Shown here piece after piece: positions 9,801 to 20,146 of a stretch of 64,000 nucleotides of DNA. The position numbers and the translations under genes were made by a program. Origin of the DNA: Candidatus Zhuqueibacterota bacterium (lineage in GTDB: Bacteria > Zhuqueibacterota > Zhuqueibacteria > Thermofontimicrobiales > Thermofontimicrobiaceae). The notes beneath the pieces were generated by a model. That model made no database searches. It worked only from the letters and a program-made list of their open reading frames with translations, and was not told the DNA's origin. How positions within the stretch are numbered: the first letter of the stretch is position 1; each line of letters starts with the position of its first letter. The stretch spans positions 669,527 through 733,526 of the forward strand of contig JBMOPW010000014.1 of assembly GCA_049322915.1 (NCBI GenBank). Reading direction: 5' to 3'.

Positions 9801-10997
9801 CTGGAGACCTCGTCCAAAGGGGTGCCGCTGTACATCCCCGGTTTTATGGAGCGGGGCGAGATCGGTCATTTCGAGTTCTCAGGAAAGAATGCCCAGGAGA
9901 GGTTCTACCTCGCCGGGCCAACCGAGCAACCTGTGGTGCGGGGAAAAATTGTCCTGCAGAATGTGAATTTCACCTATCCTTTTATCACTGAAAATGCTGA
10001 AGCGGCTGATTCCAGTCTTGTGGTTCGCGTGCTTCAGATGATCGATTGGAACGTAAGAGCGGAGGTTGGAAAGGATTTGCATTATCAGCGTCAGATACCG
10101 AGCGGCGTGGATAATGTTTACGTGGACCTGATTGTGGATGCCGGCGTGGGCGGGCTGGATTTCAACGGGGTGCTTGATGATAAAACGTTCGGCGTCATTG
10201 GTGAAATGGAATCGTCGCGGGGAACAGTGGAATATCTGGATCTGGATTTTCAAGTAACCAAGGCTGGCGTCGAATTTGATATGGACGTGTCACGAGCCTC
10301 GGATGTGGAGTTCGATAAAAGCACACTGCTGCCTATCATTTACGGGGAAGCCAGGACAACAGTCACCGATTCGACTGGATTTCCTTATTACATTTACCTC
10401 ACCATGCTGACCGTGGATAAAATCACCGGCCATAAACTGAAGCGCGGCCGGCTCAGCGATGTGGTGTTTGAGCTATCATCCGAGAATCAGGAGCTGGGCG
10501 ATTCCGAGGGGGAAATTCTGGCCTCGCTGGGATACTCAGTGACTAACATCCGAGAGAAGGCGACTGATATCATCGGCATCAGCACGGACAACCTGGTGTT
10601 CCGGCCGTTATTCCGGCCATTCGAGCGCCAGCTCGAGCGCACCTTTGGCCTGGACATGGTTCGATTCAGTTCCCGCTTCACGCGGAATCTGATTGAGATG
10701 AACGTCAAAGATGAGCGGAACTTCCAATTCGATTCGAAGTTATTCCTGCTGCGGAGCACGAAACTGATGGTCGGTAAATACCTTGCCGACGGATTGTTTT
10801 TACTTTACACCGGCCAGTTAGAGGCCGGGCTGGATTATCGGTATCAGCAGGAGGGATTCGGACTGCGCCACACGCTGGGGCTTGAATATCGTATCAATTC
10901 CAGCCTGCTGTTGCAGATGGAGTACGATTATAACAGTCTGCTCTTATGGCAACGCGAGGATAAAAAGATTTTACTGCGGCACTCGTTCCCGTTTTAA
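6807..10997 (+). CDS. TamB/AsmA-like translocation and assembly module protein
   Basis: 1396 aa with an N-terminal TM anchor, a long amphipathic beta-rich body and a DUF490-like C-terminus (GKYL..LGLEYRIN..RHSFPF). Directly upstream of bamA. Confidence 0.7.
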   Translation: MKSRRWILVLALFIATTALIVYYGWNLFEANARIKSYLLAKIKPVLGEDCNIRELEMALGAVHLKGVEVHFKDDYFTLWVQDLRVGLNLFNLIQNGFRPQKIPHDIIFVNPRLTIKPKYQQSSNDSTADSESFAISPDKYLEKVKNLDFIKRMTISKGEINLVDSLSRTVQLAHDINGWFSSRNIGFIYTRLVGKLFHSDDYNLMITGNIDVGLGRIDSLNIKLKNFQWRERIPVFIPSYFEIEQGIIDGALTLYEKGPGKSGFDVTGAIEVRQATFEVLSKKLLFEDVNLKAKIEDWDCLVDTSRFLLNGSPVTVAGRIKNILNPRLDFNVRARQFDIRKTLANFAPKLKFQGLADLEFDIANTYANPTITGHLASQRLLVEGKQISRLSTAIAFSDSVLALSRFSCWIDSVSFGGNGSIDFTRSDNNIRLALTSHGPMFRQLLPLPGSVLSSSASEVQLQCAGDWKQIAGNLTLHVQSDDAPDTNYAFNVNFALAEKVLSLNVDSKTHLFKAQGRINYADGLPVYNVKLTDIHDVLFGISPLDRAKIIFDLKSSTFKIAGKASDLHIDGDVVWNQEKEDLKRSAVMSCDITSRRSRSQLEMVWDISSGGARFTSTMKLEKTPDYLEIKNFEIDRILFCTGKMQLTADQLIEANIIIPDASLPDLNRLIFSHERSAQNGKLYGSIGIGGSLKKLELSGKLDFLDVIINQIGTYEGSVAFQSTDRTVKLNELAVKYQGDLVLTSQGAYQFDRDSLDLKLHGVGIDLNSLMTTLFNKPNVLKGLGDADMQVRGRLRQPEFAGTVEVQKGALGMFTFDRMVWELGESSGSLPSNWTGAAPQTLNGLLLRRVSIVRTGQFQMTGSGVIPFSNEATMDIRLNGQGNILSILPEITPFFLETGSNGTWAFHFTGSPGNLTVADAQLNLTNGYLRLGDVAPEIDDIQVAIELEQDGFLNVKFISGKIKKRPFAFRNMQAAPEVVDINLQPFTIPELGLNLGIFTLETSSKGVPLYIPGFMERGEIGHFEFSGKNAQERFYLAGPTEQPVVRGKIVLQNVNFTYPFITENAEAADSSLVVRVLQMIDWNVRAEVGKDLHYQRQIPSGVDNVYVDLIVDAGVGGLDFNGVLDDKTFGVIGEMESSRGTVEYLDLDFQVTKAGVEFDMDVSRASDVEFDKSTLLPIIYGEARTTVTDSTGFPYYIYLTMLTVDKITGHKLKRGRLSDVVFELSSENQELGDSEGEILASLGYSVTNIREKATDIIGISTDNLVFRPLFRPFERQLERTFGLDMVRFSSRFTRNLIEMNVKDERNFQFDSKLFLLRSTKLMVGKYLADGLFLLYTGQLEAGLDYRYQQEGFGLRHTLGLEYRINSSLLLQMEYDYNSLLLWQREDKKILLRHSFPF

Positions 10998-11086
10998 AGT
11001 TACAAAAAATTAAAGCTATCTGATTTTTCTCTTTACAAATATATAAAAATTTCTTATTTTACACTTCAAGTTATTGGAGGTTGAAC

Positions 11087-13411
11087 ATGCACCCTGGTGT
11101 TAATAATAAACGACTCGCCATTCAAGGGTTTCTTCTGATTATATTCCTGGCCGTTCCGTTCATGAGTTACGGGCAACGGGCATCGGTGAAAGTGCTGGGC
11201 GTGACGGCTGAAGGGCAGAAGACCGCGGATCCCACAATCATTCAGATCAATTCAGGATTGACATCAGGGAAAGAGATTACCAGCGATGAAATCCAGACCG
11301 CGATTAAAAATTTGTGGAGCCTCAATATATTTTCGGATATTCAGGTGCTGCTTGATAAAGAAGTCGCCGGCGGCGTGTACCTCACCATTCGCGTCAAAGA
11401 GTACCCCCGACTCGAAAAGGTTGAGCTCGAAGGCAATAAAAAATTGAAAAAGGACGAGATCGATAAAGAGCTGGATTTCTACAAAGGTCAGGTCCTTTCC
11501 GCGCATCAAATCAATCAGGCCAAACGAAAGATAAAAAAGCTGTACGCGGACAAGGGGTATTTATTGGCCGAGGTAGCGCCGGAGACGTTCGATTCGGAAA
11601 AAGAAGGGAAGGTCATCCTTCGAATTAAAATAAAGGAAGGCAACAAGGTTCAGGTTAAAAAGATTAACTTTTTTGGCAATGAGAATTTCTCCGATGGCAA
11701 GCTGCGCAAGCAAATGAAAGAGACGAAGGAAGACAGATGGTGGCGCGGCGCAGATTTCGACAGAAAAAAATTCGATGAAGATGCTGTGAAAGTGGTCGAG
11801 TTTTATCGGAATGAAGGTTTCCGCGATGCCGAAATTGTCAGCGATTCTGTCTATTTCGATGCGGCTAAAAAGGATATCTTCATTGATATTACTGTGACCG
11901 AGGGCAATCGGTATTACGTGGGCGATATTTCCTGGGAAGGGAATAAAATCCAATCCAATGAACGGCTGGAGTCGCTGTTGGGTTTTGAATCCGGCGATGT
12001 GTATAATCAGGAAAAACTCCAGAAAGCGATCATCGAGCGGTTGGGCACACTCTATTATGATTCAGGCTACATCTATTCCCAGATCAATCCCAAAGAAACT
12101 CCGGTCGCTTCGGATACAGTCGACATTCACTTTGTCATCAGTGAAGGCGAGCCGGTAAAAATCAATCTGGTGCATATTTCCGGTAATTCGCGGACAAAAG
12201 AGAAGGTCATTCGGCGGGAATTGATCATCAGTCCCGGCGATGTCTTCAGCAAGGCCGCCCTGGAGCGAAGTCAGCGCGAAGTGTGGGTTTTGAATTATTT
12301 CTCCGATGTGAAAATCGATTATTGGCCGGTGGATGAAGATGAGATCGATCTGAAATTTAACGTCGAAGAAAAGTCGACCGATCTGGCCAATATGTCCGCT
12401 GGCTGGAGCGAGCGGGATAAAGTCATCGGGAGCATCGGGGTTGCCATGAACAATCTGTTCGGCAACGGGCAACGCCTCAGCTTTGACTGGAACTTCGGAC
12501 GCTATTACCGGTCATTCCAGATTAGCTTCACAGAGCCGTGGCTGCGCGATACGCCGACGCTGGCCGGTTTCAGCTTTTACGACACCAATCGGGACGCTAC
12601 CTACATCGGGTATCGCCAGCGAAGCACCGGCGGGCAGTTGCGCCTGGGACGCCGGTTCCGTTGGCCGGATAATTATTTTCGCGGCGACTGGATTTACCGA
12701 ATCGATAGCACCGAACTTTCTGATTTCATCGACAGTATTGTCGCAGCCAATCCGCGGAATATTGTGGGCACCGACTGGCCGCTCATTTCCAGCAGCGTCA
12801 CGCAAATCATCAGCCGGAATAGTCTGAACCGGCCGGAGTTCCCCACCGAGGGTTCGGAAGTGTCGCTATCCACAGAATTTGCCGGCGGATTTTTGGGCGG
12901 CAATGTGGGTTACCAAAAATACATGTTCTCCGCCAGTTGGTTCACCCCGGCAATTTGGAAATTTGTACTGTATAATCACACCACAGCCGGCTTCATGGAT
13001 GGCTGGACCAGCGACTCAAAAATTCCGTACCTGGAATACTTCTTCCTGGGCGGCGAAGGCATGTCGCGCTCCACGCCATTGCGCGGTTACGACGATCCTC
13101 TGGCCGGATACGCCACGTCGGAAGGCGGAAAAGTACTGCTGAAATACACGACCGAAATACGTTTCCCGATTATTCCCAATCCGACCATGTTTGGTCTTAT
13201 ATTTGCCGAAGCCGGGAATACCTGGGCCAATGTCACTGATACGGATCCGTTTGATCTGCGGCGCTCCGTGGGCATCGGCGCTCGAATCTACATGCCTATG
13301 ATTGGCATCATCGGATTCGATTATGCCTATGGTTTTGATAATTATAACACATCGACCGGGAAGCGTTACGGTCAATGGAAACCTCATTTCGTATTTGGCA
13401 GAAGTTTTTAA
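11087..13411 (+). CDS. bamA: Outer membrane protein assembly factor BamA
   Basis: POTRA-like repeats, NNLFGNGQ, FTEPWL, LRGY loop motif, C-terminal Phe. GGAGG before ATG 11087. Confidence 0.93.
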   Translation: MHPGVNNKRLAIQGFLLIIFLAVPFMSYGQRASVKVLGVTAEGQKTADPTIIQINSGLTSGKEITSDEIQTAIKNLWSLNIFSDIQVLLDKEVAGGVYLTIRVKEYPRLEKVELEGNKKLKKDEIDKELDFYKGQVLSAHQINQAKRKIKKLYADKGYLLAEVAPETFDSEKEGKVILRIKIKEGNKVQVKKINFFGNENFSDGKLRKQMKETKEDRWWRGADFDRKKFDEDAVKVVEFYRNEGFRDAEIVSDSVYFDAAKKDIFIDITVTEGNRYYVGDISWEGNKIQSNERLESLLGFESGDVYNQEKLQKAIIERLGTLYYDSGYIYSQINPKETPVASDTVDIHFVISEGEPVKINLVHISGNSRTKEKVIRRELIISPGDVFSKAALERSQREVWVLNYFSDVKIDYWPVDEDEIDLKFNVEEKSTDLANMSAGWSERDKVIGSIGVAMNNLFGNGQRLSFDWNFGRYYRSFQISFTEPWLRDTPTLAGFSFYDTNRDATYIGYRQRSTGGQLRLGRRFRWPDNYFRGDWIYRIDSTELSDFIDSIVAANPRNIVGTDWPLISSSVTQIISRNSLNRPEFPTEGSEVSLSTEFAGGFLGGNVGYQKYMFSASWFTPAIWKFVLYNHTTAGFMDGWTSDSKIPYLEYFFLGGEGMSRSTPLRGYDDPLAGYATSEGGKVLLKYTTEIRFPIIPNPTMFGLIFAEAGNTWANVTDTDPFDLRRSVGIGARIYMPMIGIIGFDYAYGFDNYNTSTGKRYGQWKPHFVFGRSF

Positions 13412-13669
13412 TTTGATATGAATATTTCAGGATTGGATTCATTTAAATCACCATAGAAATCAATTGATTGGGAGAGAAAAATTCACAGCGGCGGGCGTGA
13501 TCGTTGCAAGAGGGGATGCACAGCCTAAAGTCGTTTCTGACTGATGCATTCGAAAGAATCAAACACGCGTCGCACTCCCTGGATTGATGTTCACCGTTCT
13601 CATAAATTGAAAAAGTCAGGATGATATTGTGAGATCGAATCAACAGCAAAATATAATTTGGAGGAAAAA

Positions 13670-14239
13670 ATGATGTTACGACATGTCGTTAAGGCGTCTC
13701 TGGTCGTGTTACTTGTGCTGCTGGTTGCAGCTCCCGGATTCGGACAGAAATTGAAGGTTGGATTTGTTCATTCTCAGAAATTATTGACGACGTTTCAGGA
13801 TGCCATTGATGCCAATAAAAAATTGGAAGAAATCGATCGGCAGTGGAAGACTGAAGGTCTGGAAATGCAGAAGGAAATGGAGCGGCTCAATGAGCAGTTC
13901 GAAACACAAAGTCTTTTATTGAGCGACGCCAAGAAGAAAGAGAAGCAGCAGGAAATTCAGACCCTTTACATGAAGATTCAACAATTTCAGCAGGATAAAT
14001 ACAATCCTCAGAATGGAGAGATTTACCGGAAACAGGCGGAATTGATGCAGCCGGTGTACGACAAGATCAATGAAGTCATTAAAAAAATCGGCGACGATGA
14101 AAAGTATGATATGATTCTGGATACAGCCTCTGGAATTTTCCTGCATGTCAGCAGCGCTGTGACCGATCTGACGGAACAGGTCATATCCGAGCTGAATAAA
14201 GGACAAAACGTCCCTAAAGAGACGACTGAAAATAAATAG
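13670..14239 (+). CDS. skp: OmpH/Skp periplasmic chaperone
   Basis: Signal peptide, KVGFV, coiled coil, YDMILD...DLTEQVI. Located between bamA and lpxD. Confidence 0.9.
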   Translation: MMLRHVVKASLVVLLVLLVAAPGFGQKLKVGFVHSQKLLTTFQDAIDANKKLEEIDRQWKTEGLEMQKEMERLNEQFETQSLLLSDAKKKEKQQEIQTLYMKIQQFQQDKYNPQNGEIYRKQAELMQPVYDKINEVIKKIGDDEKYDMILDTASGIFLHVSSAVTDLTEQVISELNKGQNVPKETTENK

Positions 14240-14530
14240 CCAACGCCCAATCCCTGACCCAACTGATCGTAAGGCAATAGGTATCAACCAGCAGTTCGTT
14301 TTTTTTGCAGATTGGGACAGAGGCGCCTGAACCAGGTTGACACGTCGTGGATCTGAAATTGAACGCGTTGATTTGTTTTCCGCGGTGGAGCACATATTTT
14401 TTTGTTTCACCGCGATGGCGTTTTCAGGCATACCGGCAGTGTCACCGTTTGGGCATGAGTCATTGAAAAATGGCCGGGCGTTCGTACGCCCTGCAGGATG
14501 CTGTTTTGACGCCGAATAGACAGGATAACT

Positions 14531-15553
14531 ATGGAACTATCGTTAGCTGAGATCGCACAGATTGTATCGGGTTCGTTCGAGGGGGACGGTTCTGTTAAAA
14601 TACGCAATGTTGCCAAGATCGAAGAGGCGGTTGCGGGAGAGATTACATTTATTTCCAATCCAAAATATGCCAGGTTCATCGAGACGACGAATGCGTCTGC
14701 GGTGCTTGTGGGAAAGGATTTTCCGGCAACGGACAAAACGATTATCCGCACGGAGAATCCCTATTTCTCGTTTTTGAAAATTTTACGGCTATTCCATCCG
14801 CCGGCGGGAATCGTCCCGCGCGGAATTCATCCCACAGCGGTCATCGAAGATTCGGCGACGATTGGAGCTGATGCGCATATTGGCGCGCTGGTCTATGTCG
14901 GCAGCAACTGCATCATCGGGAAAAATGTGACGCTGCATCCCGGCGTCATCATCAGTTCGAATGTGCAGATTGGCGATAATACCCTGATTTACGCCAACGT
15001 GTCCGTCCGTGAAAACATCAGGATCGGAAGCAAGGTCATCATCCATAGCGGAACGGTGTTGGGATCCGATGGATTTGGCTTTGCCCGGGAAGGCCAGGAG
15101 TATCATAAAATTCCGCAGGTTGGGACGGTGGTCATTGAGGATGATGTGGAAATCGGAGCGAATTGTTCCATCGATCGGGCGACGCTGGGTCAGACGGTCA
15201 TTCGCAAGGGCGCGAAGCTGGACAACCTCATTCAAATCGCGCATAACGTGGAAGTGGGTGAAAATACAGTGATTGCCGCGCAGACGGGTATTTCAGGCAG
15301 TACAAAAATTGGCCGGAACAATATCATCGGGGGACAGGTCGGTTTTGTCGGGCACATCGAAACAGGGGAGAATGTCACCATTGGCGCGCAGTCCGGCGTA
15401 TCGAAAAGTCTACCAGCCAATTCAGTTTATTTTGGTTACCCGGCGCGGCCCATCATGCAGGCAAAACGGGAAGAGGCTGCCCTACGCAGGCTGCCCGAAT
15501 TGCTGAAGCGTATCTCAGAACTGGAAGAGAAGCTGAATCGGCCGGATAAATAG
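14531..15553 (+). CDS. lpxD: UDP-3-O-(3-hydroxyacyl)glucosamine N-acyltransferase
   Basis: Hexapeptide repeats, GSDGFGF, KIPQVGTV and KLDNLIQIAHNV motifs. Confidence 0.96.
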   Translation: MELSLAEIAQIVSGSFEGDGSVKIRNVAKIEEAVAGEITFISNPKYARFIETTNASAVLVGKDFPATDKTIIRTENPYFSFLKILRLFHPPAGIVPRGIHPTAVIEDSATIGADAHIGALVYVGSNCIIGKNVTLHPGVIISSNVQIGDNTLIYANVSVRENIRIGSKVIIHSGTVLGSDGFGFAREGQEYHKIPQVGTVVIEDDVEIGANCSIDRATLGQTVIRKGAKLDNLIQIAHNVEVGENTVIAAQTGISGSTKIGRNNIIGGQVGFVGHIETGENVTIGAQSGVSKSLPANSVYFGYPARPIMQAKREEAALRRLPELLKRISELEEKLNRPDK

Positions 15554-15917
15554 GTCTGAATTTTTCAGGCAGAGAAGCAGTAACTTCAGATTTGAATCAG
15601 AGTGGGCACCAGCTATGAATTTCAAATGATATCTATAATTCTAAAATGAAAAGAAGTCGAAGGGATATCATGAATTGCTCCCATGGATTGCATCGTCTTT
15701 ATGCGATGCCTGCGATGCATAAAGGCACTCCGGAATAATTTCAAAAACAAGAGTTTAAGTTATATTTCTAAAAATCAGTTTAGAAATTTAGGTAACAGTC
15801 GCGTATCACTGAAGCCGGGCGACCGGCCGGGAAGCGATTCGCCGGCATCGGAAAGAACGAATTGTAGCATCTGAATATAGAGTCAGTTAACATCGTGTTT
15901 GTTGGATCGGAGGAAAA

Positions 15918-17315
15918 ATGCTGAAACAGCAGCGAACAATTAAGGAACCTGTATCTATTTCTGGAATTGGACTTCACACCGGCAACAGTTCCAATCTCAC
16001 ATTCAAACCGGCGCCGGAAAATTCAGGGATTCGATTCAAGAGAACTGATATTGAAAATTGTCCGGAGATTCTTGCGGATATCGATCACGTGGTTGATATT
16101 TCCCGGGGCACCACCATCAGCCAGAATGGCGCGGTGATACACACCGTGGAACATGTGCTGGCGGCTGTCGCTGGTCTGGAAATTGACAATATTCTGGTGG
16201 AGTTGACCAACAACGAACCCCCGGTTGTTGACGGCAGTTCCCTGCCGTTCACCGATATTCTGACGAAATCCGGATTTGTGGAACAGAGTTCGCCCAAGGA
16301 TTACGTCGTCATCGACAGCACCATCGCCTATCGCGACGACAGGCGAAGGATCGATATTGTAGTGGTTCCGTCGGACCATTTTCGGATTACGTTCATGGTC
16401 GATTATCAAAATCCCGCATTGGGGACGCAGTACACCTCGCTCTACTCGCTTGAAGATGAATTCTTGTCTGAGTTCGCTCCGGCGCGGACGTTCTGCTTTC
16501 TCCACGAAGTGGAAATGCTCAAAGAGCATGGACTCATCAAAGGCGGCAATGTGGATAACGCCATTGTGATTATCGATCGGAAAATCGAAGAGAGCGAGTT
16601 CGAACGGTTGAAGCGCCTGTTCAAAATTCCAGAGAAGACCATCCTCGGTGAAAATGGAATTCTCGATGGAAAAGAGCTGCGCTTTGTGAACGAGCCGGTG
16701 CGCCATAAGGCGCTGGACCTGGTCGGCGATCTGGCGCTGCTGGGCGCCCCGCTGATTGGGCACATAATGGCCGCTCGATCCGGTCATGCTGCCAACGTGG
16801 AACTGGTCAAATTGCTACGCAAGGAAGTTGAAAAGAAGAAGATAACGACAAAATACCAATCCCGTCCGGCCGGGAAAAATGTGGTTCTGGATATCAACGC
16901 CATTCAAAAGATACTGCCTCATCGGTATCCGTTTTTATTGATCGACAAAATCACAGACCTCATTCCCAAAGAGCATGTGTCCGGCATTAAGAACGTGACG
17001 GTCAACGAGCCGTTTTTCATCGGGCATTTCCCTGGTCGCCCCATCATGCCCGGTGTTCTGATCATTGAAGCTATGGCGCAGGTCGGCGGCATCCTCCTGT
17101 TGGATTCCGAGGGAAACCCGTCCGACAAGCTGGTCTATTTCACCGGCATTGACAATGTGAAATTCCGAAAACCGGTGGTGCCCGGAGACCAACTTCGGTT
17201 CGAGCTGGATATGATTCGTTACCGGCGATCGATCTGCCGAATGGGCGGCAAGGCCTATGTGGACGGCGATCTTGTGTGCGAGGCGGAACTGTCCGCCGCG
17301 GTTGTGGATCGCTGA
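15918..17315 (+). CDS. lpxC-fabZ: Bifunctional LpxC deacetylase / FabZ dehydratase
   Basis: LpxC: GIGLHTG, TVEHVL, HKALD. FabZ: LPHRYPFLLID, GHFPGRPIMPGVLIIEAMAQ. Confidence 0.95.
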   Translation: MLKQQRTIKEPVSISGIGLHTGNSSNLTFKPAPENSGIRFKRTDIENCPEILADIDHVVDISRGTTISQNGAVIHTVEHVLAAVAGLEIDNILVELTNNEPPVVDGSSLPFTDILTKSGFVEQSSPKDYVVIDSTIAYRDDRRRIDIVVVPSDHFRITFMVDYQNPALGTQYTSLYSLEDEFLSEFAPARTFCFLHEVEMLKEHGLIKGGNVDNAIVIIDRKIEESEFERLKRLFKIPEKTILGENGILDGKELRFVNEPVRHKALDLVGDLALLGAPLIGHIMAARSGHAANVELVKLLRKEVEKKKITTKYQSRPAGKNVVLDINAIQKILPHRYPFLLIDKITDLIPKEHVSGIKNVTVNEPFFIGHFPGRPIMPGVLIIEAMAQVGGILLLDSEGNPSDKLVYFTGIDNVKFRKPVVPGDQLRFELDMIRYRRSICRMGGKAYVDGDLVCEAELSAAVVDR

Positions 17316-17442
17316 ACCTGTGACGGTTACATTTCGTCCGTTGAAAATTCAATAAAATTTATGTGATAAATTCAACCGTTTTTATGAACCGGATGTGTTT
17401 GATTGAAGACTAAAAATTGAACAGAAAAAGAGGAGTCGAACG

Positions 17443-18213
17443 GTGGCGAATATTCATTCGACCGCGATTGTAGATGCACATGCTAATCTGGGCGACGATG
17501 TAACTGTCGGCCCCTATTCTATCATTGAAGCTGATGTCACCATTGGAAACGGCAGTCAGATTGCTTCCCATGTTCTGATCAGCGCCGGGACCACTCTGGG
17601 GCAAAATTGCCGCGTGTTAAAAGGTGCAGTGCTGGGAACCGATCCCCAGGATTTGAAATTTGCCCAGGAAAAAACGACGCTGGAAATCGGCGATAACACA
17701 ACGATCCGTGAATACTGCACGTTGAACCGGGGCACCAGGCACAGCAAGAAGACAGTCGTTGGAAGCAATTGCCTGCTGATGGCCTATGTCCATGTGGCTC
17801 ATGATTGCCGAATCGGCAGTAACGTTATTCTGGCCAATGCGGTGAACATGGCCGGCCATGTGACCATCGAAGATTTCGCATCGGTGGGCGGAATGAGTCC
17901 GATTCACCAGTTTGTAATTATCGGCAAACACGCTTTCATCGGCGGTGGCATGAAGGTCCGCAAGGATGTGCCGCCGTACATTTTAGCGGCTGGTGAACCA
18001 TTAAAATTCGCTGGGATCAATCGCATTGGATTGACGCGCCGGGGATTTTCAGCGGACGCGTTGCTGCAATTGCGACGCGCTTATAAATTGATCTACCGCT
18101 CGAAATTGAATGTGAGCCAGGCCGTGAGCCAGATTAAAGAAACCATGGAAATCACTCCTGAGATACAGGACATTCTTGATTTCATCGCGAAAAGCGAACG
18201 GGGCATCATTTAA
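17443..18213 (+). CDS. lpxA: UDP-N-acetylglucosamine O-acyltransferase
   Basis: PQDLKF, MAYVHVAHDC and KDVPPY motifs. AGGAG RBS with GTG start. Confidence 0.96.
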   Translation: MANIHSTAIVDAHANLGDDVTVGPYSIIEADVTIGNGSQIASHVLISAGTTLGQNCRVLKGAVLGTDPQDLKFAQEKTTLEIGDNTTIREYCTLNRGTRHSKKTVVGSNCLLMAYVHVAHDCRIGSNVILANAVNMAGHVTIEDFASVGGMSPIHQFVIIGKHAFIGGGMKVRKDVPPYILAAGEPLKFAGINRIGLTRRGFSADALLQLRRAYKLIYRSKLNVSQAVSQIKETMEITPEIQDILDFIAKSERGII

Positions 18214-18266
18214 ATCAAAAATGCTCGCACGTGGGCGATTGTTTTTTTCCGGGGGCTTAGAAGACA

Positions 18267-19091
18267 ATGAACAACTGGAGATTCCTCAACACGGGACTGC
18301 AAGATGGCTTCACGAACATGGCCATCGACGAGGTTTTGACGACGAAATCCGTTCCGGCCGATAAAAGTTCGATCTTCCGAATTTATGGCTGGAAGCCCTA
18401 TGCGATTTCTTTAGGTTACAACCAGGACGCCAACGAGTTGAACCTGGCCAAATGCAAAAAAAATGGAATTGATATTGTCCGACGCCCCACCGGCGGCAGG
18501 GCAGTCCTTCATGCGGAGGAGGTCACCTACAGCGTGATCATTCCGAAGAATTCTGATTTTTATTCCCAGGATATTTTAGCCACATACAATAAAATCAGTG
18601 AAGGATTGCTGGCCGGGCTTTTGTTGGCCGGCGTGAAAGCCGAACTGGTGGAGCGTTTTGCCAATGAAACCGAGAAGAGCTCTGCCTACAAAAATAGCAT
18701 CCCCTGTTTTTCGCATTCGGCCAAATACGAGATCGCGGTGCAGAATAAAAAGCTGGTTGGCAGCGCGCAGCGACGGTATGAGAATGCCATCTTACAGCAC
18801 GGCTCCATCCTCGTGGGCAAATATCATCTTCATCTTGCCGAATATATCCGGCAGGTGGATGAAAACCATGTGCTCGTTTTTCAGCAGGCCATGGAAAAGA
18901 AGACGATCTCTATTTCCGAAGTGCTGCCCCATGCGATCAGCTACGACAAGCTAATCTGGGCGATTAAGACCGGATTTCAGCAGCATTTTAATATTCACTT
19001 TTTCGAAGGCCAACTCACGCCGCGTGAGCGGATCGAAGTGAAAGCTATTGTTGGCAAATATAAAAAAGTCGTGTCAGAAGTTGTCGACTAG
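18267..19091 (+). CDS. Lipoate-protein ligase family protein (LipM/LplA-like)
   Basis: NMAIDE, VRRPTGGRAVLH, KLVGSAQRR and LQHGS motifs. Confidence 0.9.
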   Translation: MNNWRFLNTGLQDGFTNMAIDEVLTTKSVPADKSSIFRIYGWKPYAISLGYNQDANELNLAKCKKNGIDIVRRPTGGRAVLHAEEVTYSVIIPKNSDFYSQDILATYNKISEGLLAGLLLAGVKAELVERFANETEKSSAYKNSIPCFSHSAKYEIAVQNKKLVGSAQRRYENAILQHGSILVGKYHLHLAEYIRQVDENHVLVFQQAMEKKTISISEVLPHAISYDKLIWAIKTGFQQHFNIHFFEGQLTPRERIEVKAIVGKYKKVVSEVVD

Positions 19092-19233
19092 TCACGGCCT
19101 TGATAACTGCGGAGTCCTCATGAATTTTACAGATGAGATGCCTGTTTATCAGCTTCAACGATTACAGGTACGGATTGCTCCGCATGTTGGAAGGTTACCT
19201 TCAGAAAACCATACCAGAAATGGAGGCGTTTTT

Positions 19234-20079
19234 ATGAAAACAAAATATGGAATTGCCTTAGTCATCATGATGCTCTTCAGCGGATTGAGCAGCGTGTCGT
19301 ATGCCCAGGATTTGGATTTGGCGGCCATCATTACTCCGGCGAATAGTCAGGCGTCGGACGCCTTGTCCCAGGCCGAGGCCAATCTGGATGAAATTGTGGA
19401 TCCACTGCTCGATTTATTTGGCTTTTACACCGGCGGCGGTGTCTATCATTCCGCCAACGTGCACGGCATTGGTGGATTCGATGTGGGGGTTCGCGTTGTC
19501 TCCATGATGGTATCTGACGATCAAAAGCCAACGCTTCCTAACGGACAGTCCGAATTCAACGGCGGCGTCTTTCGCGATGTGGCGGCTGTGCCGCTGCCAG
19601 TGCTGCAACTGAGTTTGGGACTGCCGGGGAATCTGGAGGCGACCGGCCGATTTATGACCTACTCAATTGGCGAAGATGAAAAGAAGGGCAATGTGACCCT
19701 GGTCGGTGTGGGTTTGAAATACGGCGTGCTGCAGAATATGCTGTTACCCAAAGTCGCCCTTGCAGCGACCTACCACTATTTGACCGTGCCTGATGAATTT
19801 GATTTTAACACGGTGAACAGTTTCAATACATCGCTGATTGTGAGCAAAGGTTTCCTGCTCATCGATTTTTACGGCGGTCTGGGTTACGATTGGAATAAAT
19901 TCACGGCTGAGGTCGACCTGGGTTCCATTGGGACGATCAATAAAGATTACAGCAAAGGGAATTGGAGAGGGAATGTCGGTGTGAAAGTCAAACCATTTCC
20001 ATTGATCTACATTCATGCAGATTATGACTTCGGCCCGGTGAAAGGATTTAGCGCTGGCCTGGGAGTTAATTTCCTATAA
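19234..20079 (+). CDS. Putative outer-membrane beta-barrel protein (DUF6588-like)
   Basis: GGAGG RBS before ATG 19234, signal peptide, PLPVLQLSLGLP, GVGLKY, alternating beta strands. Family name is from recall. Confidence 0.6.
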   Translation: MKTKYGIALVIMMLFSGLSSVSYAQDLDLAAIITPANSQASDALSQAEANLDEIVDPLLDLFGFYTGGGVYHSANVHGIGGFDVGVRVVSMMVSDDQKPTLPNGQSEFNGGVFRDVAAVPLPVLQLSLGLPGNLEATGRFMTYSIGEDEKKGNVTLVGVGLKYGVLQNMLLPKVALAATYHYLTVPDEFDFNTVNSFNTSLIVSKGFLLIDFYGGLGYDWNKFTAEVDLGSIGTINKDYSKGNWRGNVGVKVKPFPLIYIHADYDFGPVKGFSAGLGVNFL

Positions 20080-20088
20080 GAGAATATC

Positions 20089-20122
20089 AGCGCCCGGCGC
20101 TGCGAAAGCGACCGGGCGCTTA
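20089..20122 (+). terminator. GC-rich hairpin, probable terminator
   Basis: AGCGCCCGG...CCGGGCGCT stem just after the stop codon. Short T tail. Confidence 0.5.
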
Positions 20123-20146
20123 AATTATGAATAGAATGTTTGTTTC

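Noticed and set aside
16023..16787. 254-aa minus-strand ORF
   Set aside because: Antisense shadow of lpxC-fabZ with no motifs.
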